A stretch of DNA of 64,000 nucleotides. Source: Mobula hypostoma. Lineage: Eukaryota. Numbering within the stretch: position 1 is the stretch's first letter; each line of letters starts with the position of its first letter. A program made the translations under genes and the position numbers. The notes beneath the pieces were generated by a model, which was not told the DNA's origin, ran no database searches, and worked only from the letters and a program-made list of their open reading frames with translations. The stretch spans positions 97,652,001 through 97,716,000 of the forward strand of contig NC_086108.1 of assembly GCF_963921235.1 (NCBI RefSeq), in the 5' to 3' direction. This document shows positions 1 through 12,270 of the stretch, piece after piece.

Positions 1-172
1 GAGTACAAGCTAGAAGGTAATAGGTGAAGCCAGGTGGGTGGGAGAGGGGGAAGTGAAGTGAGAAGCTGGGAGGTGATAAGTGGAAAATGTAGTAGGCTGA
101 AGGAGGAATCTGATACAAGGGAGTGTCCCATGGTGGAAAGGGAAGGAGAAGGGGCACCAGGGAGGAGGTGAT
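1..172 (-). mobile_element. Degenerate Penelope-like element (PLE) 3' region fragment
   Basis: Purine-rich tract (gataggtgaagccaggtgggtggg..., ggagaaggggcaccagggaggaggtgata) similar to the PLE 3' copies at 1674-2170 and 26465-26890. Confidence 0.5.
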
Positions 173-1673
173 ACATTGTTTCAAGATTTCATTTTAGACA
201 CGGATGTATAATGAATTCCAAAATGCTTATTTCCTGCTGTCTTGTATTTGGATTATGTTAATCTGTGTAAGTATCTGTAGTTTACGAATACGGCTGAAAA
301 TTCCACATGATCCAATGCAAAATCCTTAATGTAGAACTGGGAATAATTCAGGCCTCAAAGGGTTTGTGTGGATGATTTTGTTATATTTATAAGCACACCC
401 AATGAGAACGTCAAACACTCCCAAATCAGTTATCATAGCAGCCAAATGAATCCCAGCTCCACCCCCAACGTGCACAAATGCACACACACTCTTTTGATGT
501 TGCCTCTCAGCCACAGTCTCGGAGATGCAAGAACACCATCCCAGCAGGGTTTCCCGTACTCCCAGCCCTCAGGGCTGGATTGCTGAATTTGTGCCAATTA
601 GAGCCAAATTGGGGGTAGCTTTGCGCCGCAGAGCATCCCCAGTGGGACTTGGGTTGAACATGCCTAAACTAATTTCACTTAAGATCTTAGCAGCCATCAG
701 AGAGGAGAGAATTTCAGCCCTTCTGTTGAGTTGGAATGGAACTTGGGGCGTCAGGTTTGCACAGTAACACACGGGGCCGTTGCATTCTTCTCATTATTCA
801 GGAGAAATTACAATTATTGCTTTATTCATCATACCCAGAATGCTGTGGAGGAGCATTCCCATCATTGCTTCTTTAATAACTTATGTTAAAACAGAAGCCA
901 GAAGCACCGACAGTCAGATTAACAGAGTACAGGCAAGCTCAAGAGAATGGAGCAGAGGTACCAGGTTCATGCATCATTCCTCAGCAAAATGAGAAAATCT
1001 CACTTTAAAAAAATCTATTTTGATCTGTGTTGCTATGGTAATAAGACCACAGTCTCCTCTACTGAGGCCTTGTTATCTGGAGCATTGGTGATTTGCTTTC
1101 CACTGGCCACAACTCATCTGTCAAACAGAGATCTCCGTTTTCTCTTTGAAACACGTAACCAGATAATATTAATCACGTCACAGAGACTTTTTCTGCTCTG
1201 TGGCCCGTTCAACTACCTTATTTAGACGTTAGCAGAAAGCAGCGAGCCTCTACTTGTAATGGAACAGATTGCCCCAAGGTACTGCTTGTTCCTAGTGGAA
1301 CAGTGCGAGGCAGGAGGACGACGATGCGGAGAAGCCATCATAGAAACCGGGGACCAGGAGTGGGGCATTTAGGCCCTTGAGCCTGTTCTGCTGTTCAATG
1401 TGATCATAGCTGATTCATGATCTACCTCTATACACCAGACTTTGTTGCACGTCCCTAAGTACCCATGTATAACAAAAATATCAACATTAGGTTTAACATT
1501 AATAATCCGCCCGGCAACAGTTGCCTTTTGTGGAAGAGAGTCGCACACTTTCTTGCAGAGATTTCCCACAACTTTCCAATTAAGTGCCTCACCCATTTAT
1601 CACCTCTTGATATCGAGATAACTTCAGTCAGATTATCTTCCACCTAGCTGCGGGAATACTACACGTACCTACA

Positions 1674-2170
1674 GCAACATGCACAAAGTGCCGGAGGAAC
1701 TCGGCAGGTCGGGCGCTGTATATGGAGGGGAGTAAACAGTCTTCATTTCGGAGCAAGACCCTTCATCACGACTGGAAAGGAAGGAGAAGAAGCCACAGTA
1801 AGAAGGTGAGGGGAGGGGGAGGAGTCAAGCACAAAGGTGACAGGTGAGGCAAGGTGAGGAGGAAGATAAATGGGTCGGGGAGAAGGGAAGAAGTGAGAAG
1901 GTGGGAGGTCATAATGGTAGAGATAAAGGACTGAGAAAAAAAAGGAATCTGAGAGGAGAGGAGAGGACAATGGGAGAAAGGAAAGGAGGAGGGGAACCAG
2001 AGGGAGGTGAGGAGAAGAGAAGGGATAAGAGGGGAGTCAGAATGGGAAATTCAAAAAAAAGTGGTGTGGGGTGGGGGTGTAGAAAAGATCAGAAGTTAGA
2101 GAGATTGATGTTCATGCCATTAGGTTGAGTGGCTACCCAGACTGAATATAGTTTCCTTCTCTCACCTTCC
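1674..2170 (-). mobile_element. PLE 3' fragment: end of GIY-YIG ORF, pyrimidine-rich 3' region, decayed hammerhead motif
   Basis: Minus strand reads QPNGMNINLSNF* (about 2089-2127), resembling PLE ORF C-termini. A decayed hammerhead (agtcGTGATGAagggtcttgctccGAAAtgaagact) lies near 1738-1773. Confidence 0.65.
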
Positions 2171-2799
2171 TTAAAAAGATGAGGAATTTGATGGCTGCGG
2201 GGTACAGACACAGAAAGGGAGATGGGGCCACGGGCAAGATCAACCAGGATGACATTGGCTCTGGGTTGAAGGGCTGAGTGGCCTACTCCTGCTCTTATGT
2301 TCTCCAACGGAAGAAAGATATTTGAGGTTTTCCAATCTGAAGGCAAACTTTCTGCATTGGGAGAAATTACATTATTAGAACATAGAAATTTACTACACAG
2401 TATAGGAGCTTCAGCCCACGATGTTGTGCCAATCTTTTAAGCTACTTTAAGATCAATCTAACCCTTCCTCTAATCTCCTATCATCCCTGTGCCAATATTA
2501 GTGTTTCTTAAATGCCCCTGATGTATCTGACTCTAGCAGGACCCCTGGCTGGGTGTTCCACGCATCTACCACTCGGTGTAAAGATCGCATCTCTGACATC
2601 CCCCCATCCTTTCTTCCAATTAAAATTAAGCACCCTTGTACAAGGCATAAATGTTGACAGCACAAAAGTGCAAGAGAAAGTTGTGGGAGGATATTTAGAG
2701 GCTATGGGGGATAGCAGGACTTGAGGAACATAGTTAGAGACATTTCACAAGCTGCCTGACGGCTCTGCCTCCAGTGGTAGAGAAGAGGGAAGAGTTATT

Positions 2800-3890
2800 G
2801 ACACCACTAAGCTGGAAAGAAAATCAATGAGAATGTTACCAGGACTTGAGGACTTAAATTGTAGGAGATGTTTAGCAGGTTAGGACTTTATTCATTGAAA
2901 TGCATGAAACTGAGGGACCTTATAGAGATGTATAGGATCATGAGAAGCATAGATAGAGTGGAAGAACAATCCCTTCTCCCAGGGAAAGAGAACCAAAAAC
3001 TAGAGGCTATATGTCTAAGGTGAGAGGTGAAAGATATAATAGGGACTTGAGGATCCATTTCATCATGCAGACAGTGGTGTGTATATGGAACAATATGTCA
3101 GAGAAAGTAGTCGAGGCATGAACAATGACATCACTTAAACACCGTTTGGATGAGTAAATTGATAGTGTATGTTTTCTGTCTGCATTGTATTCTGCATTGT
3201 GCCTTTATGATGTCTATTATAGTAACTAGTCACACGGGAGGGAGGCATGGTAAAAACGAAGGATTTAGCTATGTATTCATGCTTTGTTCTGGTCAGATTT
3301 TATAGCTGGATCTGCTGGGTGTTATACCTTCTGTTGACTGCTTAATTATGCTTAATTACATTTGAAATCACTTAACTTGAGTCCTTTTAAGTACATTTGA
3401 TATTGCTAGTTTTAGTTTCATAAGTTTCATCGCTTCAACGTTGTGTGTTTTGCTATTTGCTGATAAAGGATTTAATACATTTCTTTGACTTTTTGGAACA
3501 TTATTATTGGATCGATCGGAGGGCACCTCATACAAGATAACTACTTGTGTGGTCAGCAATAGCGGGACTGGTTTGTTCGAGTTGCCTCTACATTCAGTCA
3601 ACAAAAGGTATGACACCCAGTGGTCCCCAGCTCTAAAAACTGGCCAGAACAAACCATGAAAATGTAGCTAAACCCATCGCTTTTACCATGCCCCCACCCA
3701 TGTGACTAGCCACCATAATGAATGTGGAACACAGAATACAATGCAGACGGAAAACGGATGTATGGATCCAACAGATAGGGAACATGTTAGAGGTTTAAGG
3801 ACCAAAAGGGACAAGATTAGGTGGACATCTGGGTCAACATGAACAACATGGGCCAAAGAGCCTGTGTTACCTGATGACTCTATAGCTCTA
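2800..3890 (+). mobile_element. Old CR1 LINE 3' fragment, interrupted by a TIR element
   Basis: Decayed CR1 ORF2 C-terminus (RLGLYSL...LRDLIEMYRIMRSIDRV) and 3' tail (atgactctatagctcta). The sequence resumes after 3773. Confidence 0.75.
3166..3773. mobile_element. Non-autonomous DNA transposon with about 170-bp terminal inverted repeats, TGT...ACA ends and 5-bp TSD (GATAG)
   Basis: 3171-3340 is the diverged reverse complement of 3595-3755. GATAG occurs at 3161-3165 and 3774-3778, and the flanks rejoin as contiguous CR1 sequence. Confidence 0.75.
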
Positions 3891-4169
3891 AATACAAACA
3901 GCAGCCGGCACTTGGAAGAGCAGGCAACATAGACTGAGAATTTGTAGAGCGGGTAAAGAACTAAGTCCTTCAGGATGTTGAAGGCACAGATGAGGATGTT
4001 AAAATCTTTGTTCCATCTTTTCCCCCACTGAAGTCAAAGGTGAGAATTGGAACTGAGATTGGAATCGGTTCACATGTGCTGAGGTACAGTGAAAAGCTTG
4101 TCTTGTAAACTGTTCACACAGATCAATTCATTACACAGTGCATTGAGGTGGTAGAAGGAAAAAAAAACA

Positions 4170-4856
4170 GAATGATTGTGCACTTCAGAAAGGGTAAGAT
4201 GAGGGAACACACACCAGTCCTCATAGAGGGATCAGACGGGGAGAGAGTGAGCAATTTCAAAATTCCTAGGTGTCAATATCTGAGGATCTAACTTGGACCC
4301 AACATATCGATGCAGCTACAAAGAAGGCACAACACCAGCTATATTTCATTGCGAGTTTGAGGAAATTTGGTATGTCTCCAAAAAGCACTTGAAAATTTCT
4401 ACAGATGTACCGCAGAGAGCATTCTGACGGGCTGCATCACCTTTTAGGATGGGGGGGGGCAGGCTGGACAAGATCGAAGTAAATTGCAGAGAGTTGTAAA
4501 ATTAGACATCTCCATCATGAGCTCTAGCTTCTGTAGTATCCAGGATATCTTCAAGGAGCAGTGCCTCAAAAAGGCAGCGTCCATCATTAAGGACCCCCAT
4601 CACCCAGGACAGGCCCTTTTCTCATCGCTGCCATCAGGAAGGGGCTACAGGAGCCTGAAAGCACACACTCAGAAACAGCTTCTTCCCCTCTGCCATCAAT
4701 TTCTGAATGGACATTGAACCCATGAACGCTATGTCACAGCTATTTTATTTGTATTACAATTCACATTTTTCTCTATTATTATGTATTGCATTTTCTGCTG
4801 CTGCAAAGTCAACAAATTTCACAACATATGCCGTAGTATTAAACACGATTCTGAGA
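4170..4856 (+). mobile_element. Old Rex1/Babar-type LINE 3' fragment
   Basis: Decayed RT C-terminus (MIVHFRK, FKFLGV, KKAQHQLYF, IIKDPHHPG..LFS.LPSGR.YRSLK) ending in a gattct-type tail. Confidence 0.7.
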
Positions 4857-5529
4857 ATGAAGTGAGCAACAAAACAGTACAAGGTTTAGATGATGAGGAA
4901 GTTTTCTGCAGAGACCAGAAAAAGCAAAAATGCTGGAAACACTCAGGATATATCCGTGGAGAGGGAAACTGAGGCAATGTCAAAAGATCAATAACTCTTC
5001 ATCAAAACTTCAGGAAGATGTTAAAAAATGTATCCAGAGATTAAAGGAGAAGCTATGCAGAAAAGAATGGGCGGCAGAGGAGATGAGGTTCCTAGCTCTG
5101 GTCTGGCTGTGGTATTTGTGTGGTTGAACATAATGCTGAATTTAATTGGGTCATAATGCGAAGTTCCTTACAAATCACGATGAACCTTTTATCTTGCGCC
5201 TTTCATGTCGTCAAGAGCTTCTAAACCACTTCACAGACAACAAATTACTGGTAAAAGGTAAATTAAAGTGTAAATGCTTTTCTTAATGCAGGCATATGTG
5301 GCTTTCAGATTCCACTAATCTCTACTGAGATAAATCACCAAATTGTTTTATTGGGTTTACTGAAGATTAATGTTGGCAAACTCACCCAATGCTCTTTTGC
5401 AAGTATTTAACATGGTGATCAACTTACTGATTTAATGTCACATCTGAAAGACCGCTAATCCACTAATAGCCGGAGTAAAAGTAAAACTTTCAGGAAGTAC
5501 TGACACAGCAACAAGAGTGACTCCTTTGA

Positions 5530-6267
5530 ATCAATGCTCACCTGCCTGGAGGTCGGGGACCAGTGGTGTTCCGTGGGGATCTGCTCTGGGACCCCTGCTC
5601 CTTTGTTAATTTCATAAATAACTTGCATGAGGAAGTGGAAGGGTGGGTTAGTAAGTTTGCAGATGATACAAAGATTGGTAGAATTCTGGGTAGTGTAGAA
5701 GGTTGTCGTAGGTTACTATGGAACATTGACAGGATATAGAGATGGGCTTAGAAGAGGCAGGTGGAATTCAACCGAGAAAAGTGTGAAGTGATTCACTTTG
5801 GAAGGTCGAATTTGAAGACAAAATGCAGGGTTGATGGCAGGGTTATTGGCAGTGTGGAGGAACAGAACGATCTTGGAGTTCACATCCATCGACCCCTCAA
5901 AGCTGCAGCACATTGATAGGGTTGTTAAGAAGGCGGATGGTGTGTTAGCCTTTCTTGGTCATAGATCAAGAGCTGTGCAGCTCTATAAAATCCTGTTAGA
6001 TCACACTTGGATGTTGTGTTTAGTTCTGATTGCCTCATTATTGGATGGGTGTGGAAGTTTTAGGGAGGGTGCAGAGAACATTTGCCAGGATGTTGCCTGA
6101 ATTTGAAAGCATGTCTTATGAGGATAGGTTGAGCAAGCTGGTGCTTTTGTCCTTGGAGCAAAGGAAGATGAGAGGTGTACAAGGTAAGAGATATTGATAG
6201 AGTGGGCAGCCAGAGACTTTCTCCCAAGGTGGAAATCGCTAATGTGAAGGTACACACTTTTAAGGAG
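5530..6267 (+). mobile_element. CR1 LINE ORF2 (RT) fragment, degenerate
   Basis: SGVP.GS.LGPLL, KFADDTKIG and FNREKCEVIHFGR motifs, with stops and frameshifts. Confidence 0.8.
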
Positions 6268-6719
6268 TGGTAATTGAAGGTAGATAAGTCATCTGGACCA
6301 GGTAGACTACACCGTAAGGTTCTGAAAGAGGTCACTGAAGAGATTGTGGAGGCACCAGTAATGATTTTTCATGAATCAGTTGATTCTGAAATGGTTCCAG
6401 AGGACTGGAAAATTGCAAATGTCTCACGGGGCGGTGCCAGCAGAAAGGAAATTACAAACCAGTTAGCCTGACAAGTGGTTGAGAATGTTGGAGTCTATTA
6501 TTAAGTGTGAGGATTCAGAGTGCTTGGAGGCACATGATACAATAGGACAAAATCAGCATGGTTTCTTTCAGGGGAAATCAAGCGGAATAAATCTGTTGGA
6601 ACTCTCTGAGGAAACAACAGGCAAGGTAGACAAAGGAGAGTCAGTGGTTGTTTATTTGGATCCTTCCAGGACAGCGGCGACATGCAGTGCATTGTGGAAG
6701 GGCATTCAGGACATCACCT

Positions 6720-8190
6720 GCCTGTGCTGGTGATGCCTCCCTCCCAGATGCGTTGCACAACTTCTACGCTCGTTTCGAGGCAGAAAATGACGTGGTGGCG
6801 AGGAAGACCACTCCTCCTCCCAATGACCAGGTGCTGTGTCTTACCGTGGCTGATGTGAGGAAAACCCTACGCAGGGTCAGCCCATGGAAGGCTGCTGGAC
6901 CAGACAATATTCATGGCAGAGTGCTTAGAGGATGTGCAGACCAGCTGGCAGATGTTCTCACTGACATCTTCAACATCTCCCTGAGCAGCGCCGTCGTTCC
7001 AACGTGCTTCAAGGCCGCCACCATTGTCTCCATGCTGAAGAAGTCTTCAGTGTCCTGCCTCAATGACTACCGTCCCTTTGCACTCACATCCATCATCATG
7101 AAGTGTTTCAACAGGCTCGTCATGAGGCACATCAACACCCTGCTGCCCCCCTCACTGGACCCCCTGCAGTTCGTATATCGTCCCATCACCCTCCACCTGG
7201 CCCTCACCCACCTGGACAAAAAAGACGTACGCTGGAATGCTGTTCATAGACTTCAGTTCAGTGTTCAACACCATCATTCCTCAGCACCTGATTGGAAAGC
7301 TGAAACTGCTGGGCCTGAACACCTCCCTCTACAAATGGATCCTAAACTTCCTGACTGGGAGACCTCAATCAGTCTGGATCGGAGGCAGCATCTCCAATAC
7401 CATCACACTGAGCACGGGGGCCCCCCAGGGCTGTGTGCTCAGTCCACTGCTGTTCACTCTGCTGACACACGACTGTGCTGCAACACACAGCTCGAACCAC
7501 ATCATCAAGTTCGCCGATGACACGACCGTGGTGGGTCTCATCAGCAAGAACGATGAGTCAGCATACAGAGAGGAGATGCAGCGGCTAATGGACTGGTGCA
7601 GAGCCAACAACCTGTCTCTGAATGTGAACAAAGAGATGGTTGTTGACTTCAGGAGACCACGGAGCGACCACTCTCCACTCAACATTGACGGCTCCTCCGT
7701 TGAGATCGTTAAGAGCACCAAATTTCTTGGTGTTCACCTGGCGGAGAATCTCACCTGGTCCCTCAACACCAGCTCCATAGCAAAGAAAGCCCAGCAGCAT
7801 TTCTACTTTCTGCGAAGGCTGAGAAAAGTCCATCTCCCACCCCCCGCCGTACTCACCACATTCTACTGAGGTTGTATTGAGAGCATCCTGAGCAGCTGCA
7901 TCACTGCCTGGTTCAGGAATTGCACCGTCTCGAATTACAAGACCCTGCAGTGAATAGTGAGGTCAGCTGAGAAGATCATCAGGGTCTCTTTTCCTGCCAT
8001 TACAGACATTTACACTATACGCTGCACCTGTAAAGCCAACAGCATTGTGAAGGACCCACGCGCCCCTCATACAAACTCTTCTCCCTCCTGCCATCTGGCA
8101 AAAGGAACCGAAGCATTCGGGCTCTCACGACCAGACTGTGCAACAGATTCTTCCCCCAAGCCATCAGACTCCTCAATACCCAGAATCTAG
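6720..8190 (+). pseudogene. Reverse transcriptase ORF remnant of the Rex1-type LINE (frameshifted)
   Basis: ORF-track pieces 6648-7520, 7237-7869 and 7957-8190 lie in different frames and carry consecutive RT motifs. Confidence 0.85.
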
Positions 8191-8375
8191 ACTGACATCT
8201 ACATCATTTATTATATTGCAATTTGTCCTCTACTGTGCCTATTGTCTTGTTTATTATTTATTGTACCGCCCTGCACTGTTTTGAGCACTTTATGTAGTCC
8301 TGTGTAGGTCTGTAGTCTAGTGTAGTTTTTGTGTTGTTTTACATCGTCTAGTGTAGCCTTGAGTTGTCTCACTAA

Positions 8376-8854
8376 AGGCTGATTTATACTTGTGCATACA
8401 GGCTATGCCATAGCCTACGCCGTAGGCTTGATTTATACTTTTGTGTAGCCCTACGCCGTAGCGAGCATGCGTAGTTGTGTCTGCGTCGCTCTGCAATTCA
8501 CCGCCAAAACGCTAGTTGGCGGTGGGGTTTCAATGCCACTGTGTTGAGTTTCTTCATGAGAGACATGGACGAGGAAATGCATTTCAAATATTTTCGGATG
8601 TCGGCAGGTAGATTTGATGACTTGGTTCATTGTCTCCAACCATTTATTTCACATCAGTGTACAGACATGGCGGAGTAAAGCAAACGGAAATGCATATGAG
8701 GAAATGCGATGCTACCAAGCAGACCAATCACAGTTGTTGCGGTCTGCGTCGCCACAACATGTGAGTTACATTTTTGGGGAGGTGCACGTCACCCTACAGC
8801 GTAAGGTACGCTGTACCTACGGCATACATTTGACGCACAAGTATAAATCAGCCT
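8376..8854 (+). mobile_element. PIF/Harbinger-type internally deleted DNA transposon
   Basis: Perfect inverted ends (aaaggctgatttatacttgtgc / gcacaagtataaatcagccttt), preceded by TAA. The internal peptide [23 protein letters not shown] resembles the Harbinger transposase N-terminal YFRMS motif. Confidence 0.75.
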
Positions 8855-8859
8855 TTCGT

Positions 8860-9168
8860 GTGGGCACGTGGCCAAGTGGTTAAGGCATTCGCCTGGTGAC
8901 CTGAAGGTCGTGAGTTTGATCCCCAGCGGAGGCAGCGTGTTGTGTCCTTGAGCAAGGCACTTAACCACACATTGTTCTGTGACGACACTGGTGCCAAGCT
9001 GTATCGGCCCTTGCCCTTCCCTTGGACAACATCAGTGTCATGGAGAGGGGAGACTTGCAGCATGGGCAACTGCCAGTCTTCCATACAACCGTGCCCAGGC
9101 CTGTGCCCTGGAGAGTGAAGACTTTCCAGGCGCAGATCCATGGTCTCGCAAGACTAATGGATGCCTTT
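8860..9168 (+). mobile_element. tRNA-derived SINE with CORE-like domain
   Basis: Pol III A box TGGCCAAGTGG and B-box-like GAGTTTGATCCC, followed by gtgtccttgagcaaggcacttaacc (CORE-like). Confidence 0.75.
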
Positions 9169-9495
9169 AAGTCGAGTGTAGTTTTGTGTTGTTTCATGTA
9201 GCACCATGGTTCTGGAGGAACGTTGTTTCGTTTTTACTGTGTACTGTACCAGCAGTTTATGGTCGAAATGACAATGAAAAGCAACTTGACTTGACTTGAT
9301 TTTCAGAAGGACTTTGACAAGGTGCCACACATGAGACTGCTTAGCAAGATAAGAGACCATGGTATTACAGAAACAGTAGTAACATGGATTTAAACGCAAA
9401 CAACAGGAATTCTGCAGATGCTGGAAATTCAAGCAACACACATCAAACTTGCTGGTGAACGCAGCAGGCCAGGCAGCATCTGTAGGAAGAGGTGC

Positions 9496-9531
9496 AGTCG
9501 ACGTTTCAGGCCGAGACCCTTCTTCAGGACT
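9496..9531 (-). ncRNA. Minimal type I hammerhead ribozyme motif
   Basis: Minus strand: AGUC-CUGAAGA-A-GGGU(CUCG)GCCU-GAAAC-GUC-GACU. Stem I AGUC/GACU, conserved core, GUC cleavage triplet. Confidence 0.75.
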
Positions 9532-10065
9532 AACCGAAGGAAGAGTGAGTAAGGGATTTGAAAGTTGGAGGGGGAGGGGGAGATCCAAAATGATAGGAGA
9601 AGACAGGAGGGGGAGGGATAGAGCCAAGAGCTGGACAGGTGATAGGCAAAAGGGGATACGAGAGGATCATGGGACAGGAGGTCCGGGAAGAAAGACAAGC
9701 GGGGGGTGGGGGGGACCCAGAGGATGGACAAGAGGTATATTCGGAGGGACAGAGGGAGAAAAAGGAGAGTGAGAGAAAGAATGTGTGCATAAAAATAAGT
9801 AACATTATTTTTATACACACATTCTTTCTCTCACTCTCCTTTTTCTCCCTCTGTCCCTCTGAATATACCTCTTGCCCATCCTCTGGGTCACCCCTCCCTT
9901 GTCTTTCTTCCCGGACCTCCTGTCCCATGATCCTCTCGTATCCCCTTTTGCCTATCACCTGTCCAGCTCTCGGCTCTATCCCTCCCCCTCCTGTCTTCTC
10001 CTATCATTTTGGATCTCCCACTCCCCCTCCAACTTTCAAATCCCTTACTCACTCTTCCTTCGGTT

Positions 10066-10101
10066 AGTCCTGACGAAGGGTCTCGGCCTGAAACGTCGAC
10101 T
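10066..10101 (+). ncRNA. Minimal type I hammerhead ribozyme motif
   Basis: agtc-CTGACGA-a-gggt(ctcg)gcct-GAAAC-GTC-gact; predicted cleavage after 10097. Confidence 0.8.
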
Positions 10102-10929
10102 GCACCTCTTCCTACAGATGCTGCCTGGCCTGCTGCGTTCACCAGCAACTTTGATGTGTGTTACTAACATGGATTCACTGGTTGGCAGGAGAAAATGAGT
10201 GAGAATAAAGGTCGCCTTTTCTGGTTAGCTGCTGATGACTGGTGGTGTTCCACAAGGCCAATGCTTCTTTTCACAATATAGGTCGGTGATTTAGATGACG
10301 GAATTGATGGCTTTGTGGCCAAGTTTGCAGTCAATATGAAGATATGTGGAGGGGCAAGTAATGTTGAAGAAGCAGGACGTCTGCAGAAGGACTTAGACAG
10401 ATTGGAAGAATGGGCAAAGAAGGGGCAGATGGAACGCAAGTGTTGGGAAGTGTATGGTCATTCATTTTAGTAGAAATAAGAGTGTAGACAATTTTCTAAA
10501 TGAAGAGAAAACTCAAAAATCAGAGGTCCAAAGGGACCTGGGAATACTTATGCAGGATTCCCTAAAGATAAACTTGCAGGTTGAGTCAGGGATAAGGAAG
10601 GCAAATGCAATAAAAAGGACTCAAATATAAGAGCAAGGATATAATGTTGAGGCTCTATAAAGCATTGGTGAGGCTGCACTTGGAGTATCATGAGCAGTTT
10701 TGGGTCCCTTATCTAAGAAAAGATGTGCTGGCGTTGGAGTGGGTCCAGAAGAGGTTCATAAGAATGATTTCAGGAATGAAAAAGTTAACAATAGAGGAGC
10801 ATTTGATGGCTCTGGGCCTGTACTCACTGAGGTCAGAAGAATAAAGGGCGGGGGGGGGATCTCATTGAAACCTATCGAACATTGAAAGCTCTGGATAGTG
10901 TGAATGTGGAGAGTATGTTTCCTATGGAG

Positions 10930-12270
10930 TCGTAGAAAAATACAGCACAAAACAGGCCCTTCAGCCCACTTTGTCTGTGCTGAACCATTAAAAGTGTCTA
11001 CTCCAACTCACCTGCACCTGGACCAGAACTCTACGTACTCCTACCATCTCTGTACCTATCGGAATGTCCCTTAAATGTTGAAATTGAGCTTGCATGCACC
11101 ACTTGTGCTGGCAGCTCACTCTGCATTCTTAATGACCCTCTGAATGAAGAAGTTTCCCCATATGTTTCCCTTAAACTTTTCACTTTTCACCCTTAACCCA
11201 TGACCTCTGGTTGTAGTCCCACCCAACCTCAGTGGAAAATGCCTGCTTGCATTTACACTATCTATACCCCTCATAATTTTGTACAACTCTATCAAACCTC
11301 ACTTCAGTCTTCTGCATTCCAAGGAATAAAGTCCTAACCTATTTAATCTTTCCTTATAACTCAGGTCCTCCAGTCCCAGCATCATCCTTGTAAGTTTTCT
11401 CTGTACTCTTTCAACCTTACCTTTCCTGTAGGTTGGTGTCCGATACAGCACACAATACTCCAAGTGAGGCCTTGCAAGCATCTTATAAAACTTCAACGTA
11501 ATATCCTATCTCTTGTACTCAGTACTTTGACTTATGAAGGCCAATGTGCCAATAGCTTTATTTACAATCCTATTTTCTTGTGCCATTAGTTTCAATGAAT
11601 TATGGACCTGTATCCCCAGATCCCTTTGTTCTACCACACTCCTCAGTGCCCTACCATTCACTATACAAGACCTACCCTGGTTGGTCCTAGCGAAGTGCAG
11701 CATCTTGCACTTGAGTCCATTCAATTCCATCTGCCATTTTTCAGCCCAATTTTCCAGTTGGTCCAAATCCCACTGCAAGCTTTGATAGTCTTCCTTGCCA
11801 TCCACTACACTCCCAATCTTAATGTCATCTGCATATTTGTTGATCCAGTTAAACACAGTATCATCCAGATCATTGATACAGATGACAAACAACAATGGAC
11901 CCGGCACCGATCCCTGTGGCATTCCACTGGTCACAGGTCTCCAGTCAGAGAGGCAGCTATCTACCACCATTCGCTGACTTCTCCCACAAAGCCAGTGTCT
12001 CATCCAATTTACTATCTCATCTTGAAGGCTGAGCATCTGAACCTTCTTGACCATCTTCCCATGTGGGACCTTGTTAAGTGCGTTGCTGAACTCCATGTAG
12101 ACAACACACACTGCCTTGCCTTCATCAACTTTCTTGATAACTTCCTTGAAAAACCCTGCAAGATTGTTTAGACATGACCTACCACGCACAAACCCATGCC
12201 AATTATCAGTCCATGTCTACTCACGTGCTCATATACCCAATCCCTTAGAATACCTTTCAATAACTTTCCC
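10930..12270 (-). mobile_element. CR1 LINE 3' part (RT domain to tail)
   Basis: ORFs 11506-12189 (SCLNNL, VTSGMPQGSVPGPLLF, KYADDIKIG) and 11299-11496 (ARPHLEYCV, RLNRLGLYSLE). Confidence 0.9.

Larger units (their letters stand above)
6662..9299 (+). mobile_element. Rex1/Babar-type non-LTR retrotransposon, 5'-truncated, with (CTTGA)n tail
   Basis: [64 protein letters not shown]; tail cttgacttgacttga at about 9285-9299. The 3' UTR carries nested Harbinger and SINE insertions. Confidence 0.9.
9391..10164 (-). mobile_element. PLE fold-back insertion: inverted pseudo-LTR pair with TSD
   Basis: Arms 9435-9798 and 9805-10162 are near-perfect reverse complements with a 6-nt spacer. Unpaired tail 9391-9434. 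TSD taacatggatt at 9380-9390 and 10165-10175. Confidence 0.85.
6268..10930 (+). mobile_element. CR1 LINE ORF2 remnant split by nested insertions (pieces 6268-6661, 9300-9390, 10165-10930)
   Basis: KVDKSSGPG..., VPEDWKIANV, and VYLD|FQK.FDKVPH rejoined across the Rex1 insertion. RT and C-terminal motifs continue after 10165. Confidence 0.85.

Noticed and set aside
569..772. Protein-like minus-strand ORF as a terminal exon
   Set aside because: No recognisable homology and no clear splice acceptor; I cannot support it without a database search.
8860..8935. tRNA gene
   Set aside because: A and B boxes are present, but there is no complete cloverleaf and the sequence continues into a SINE body.
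9154..10198. Cluster of overlapping mirror-image ORFs on both strands
   Set aside because: Artefact of the palindrome and low-complexity purine/pyrimidine tracts.
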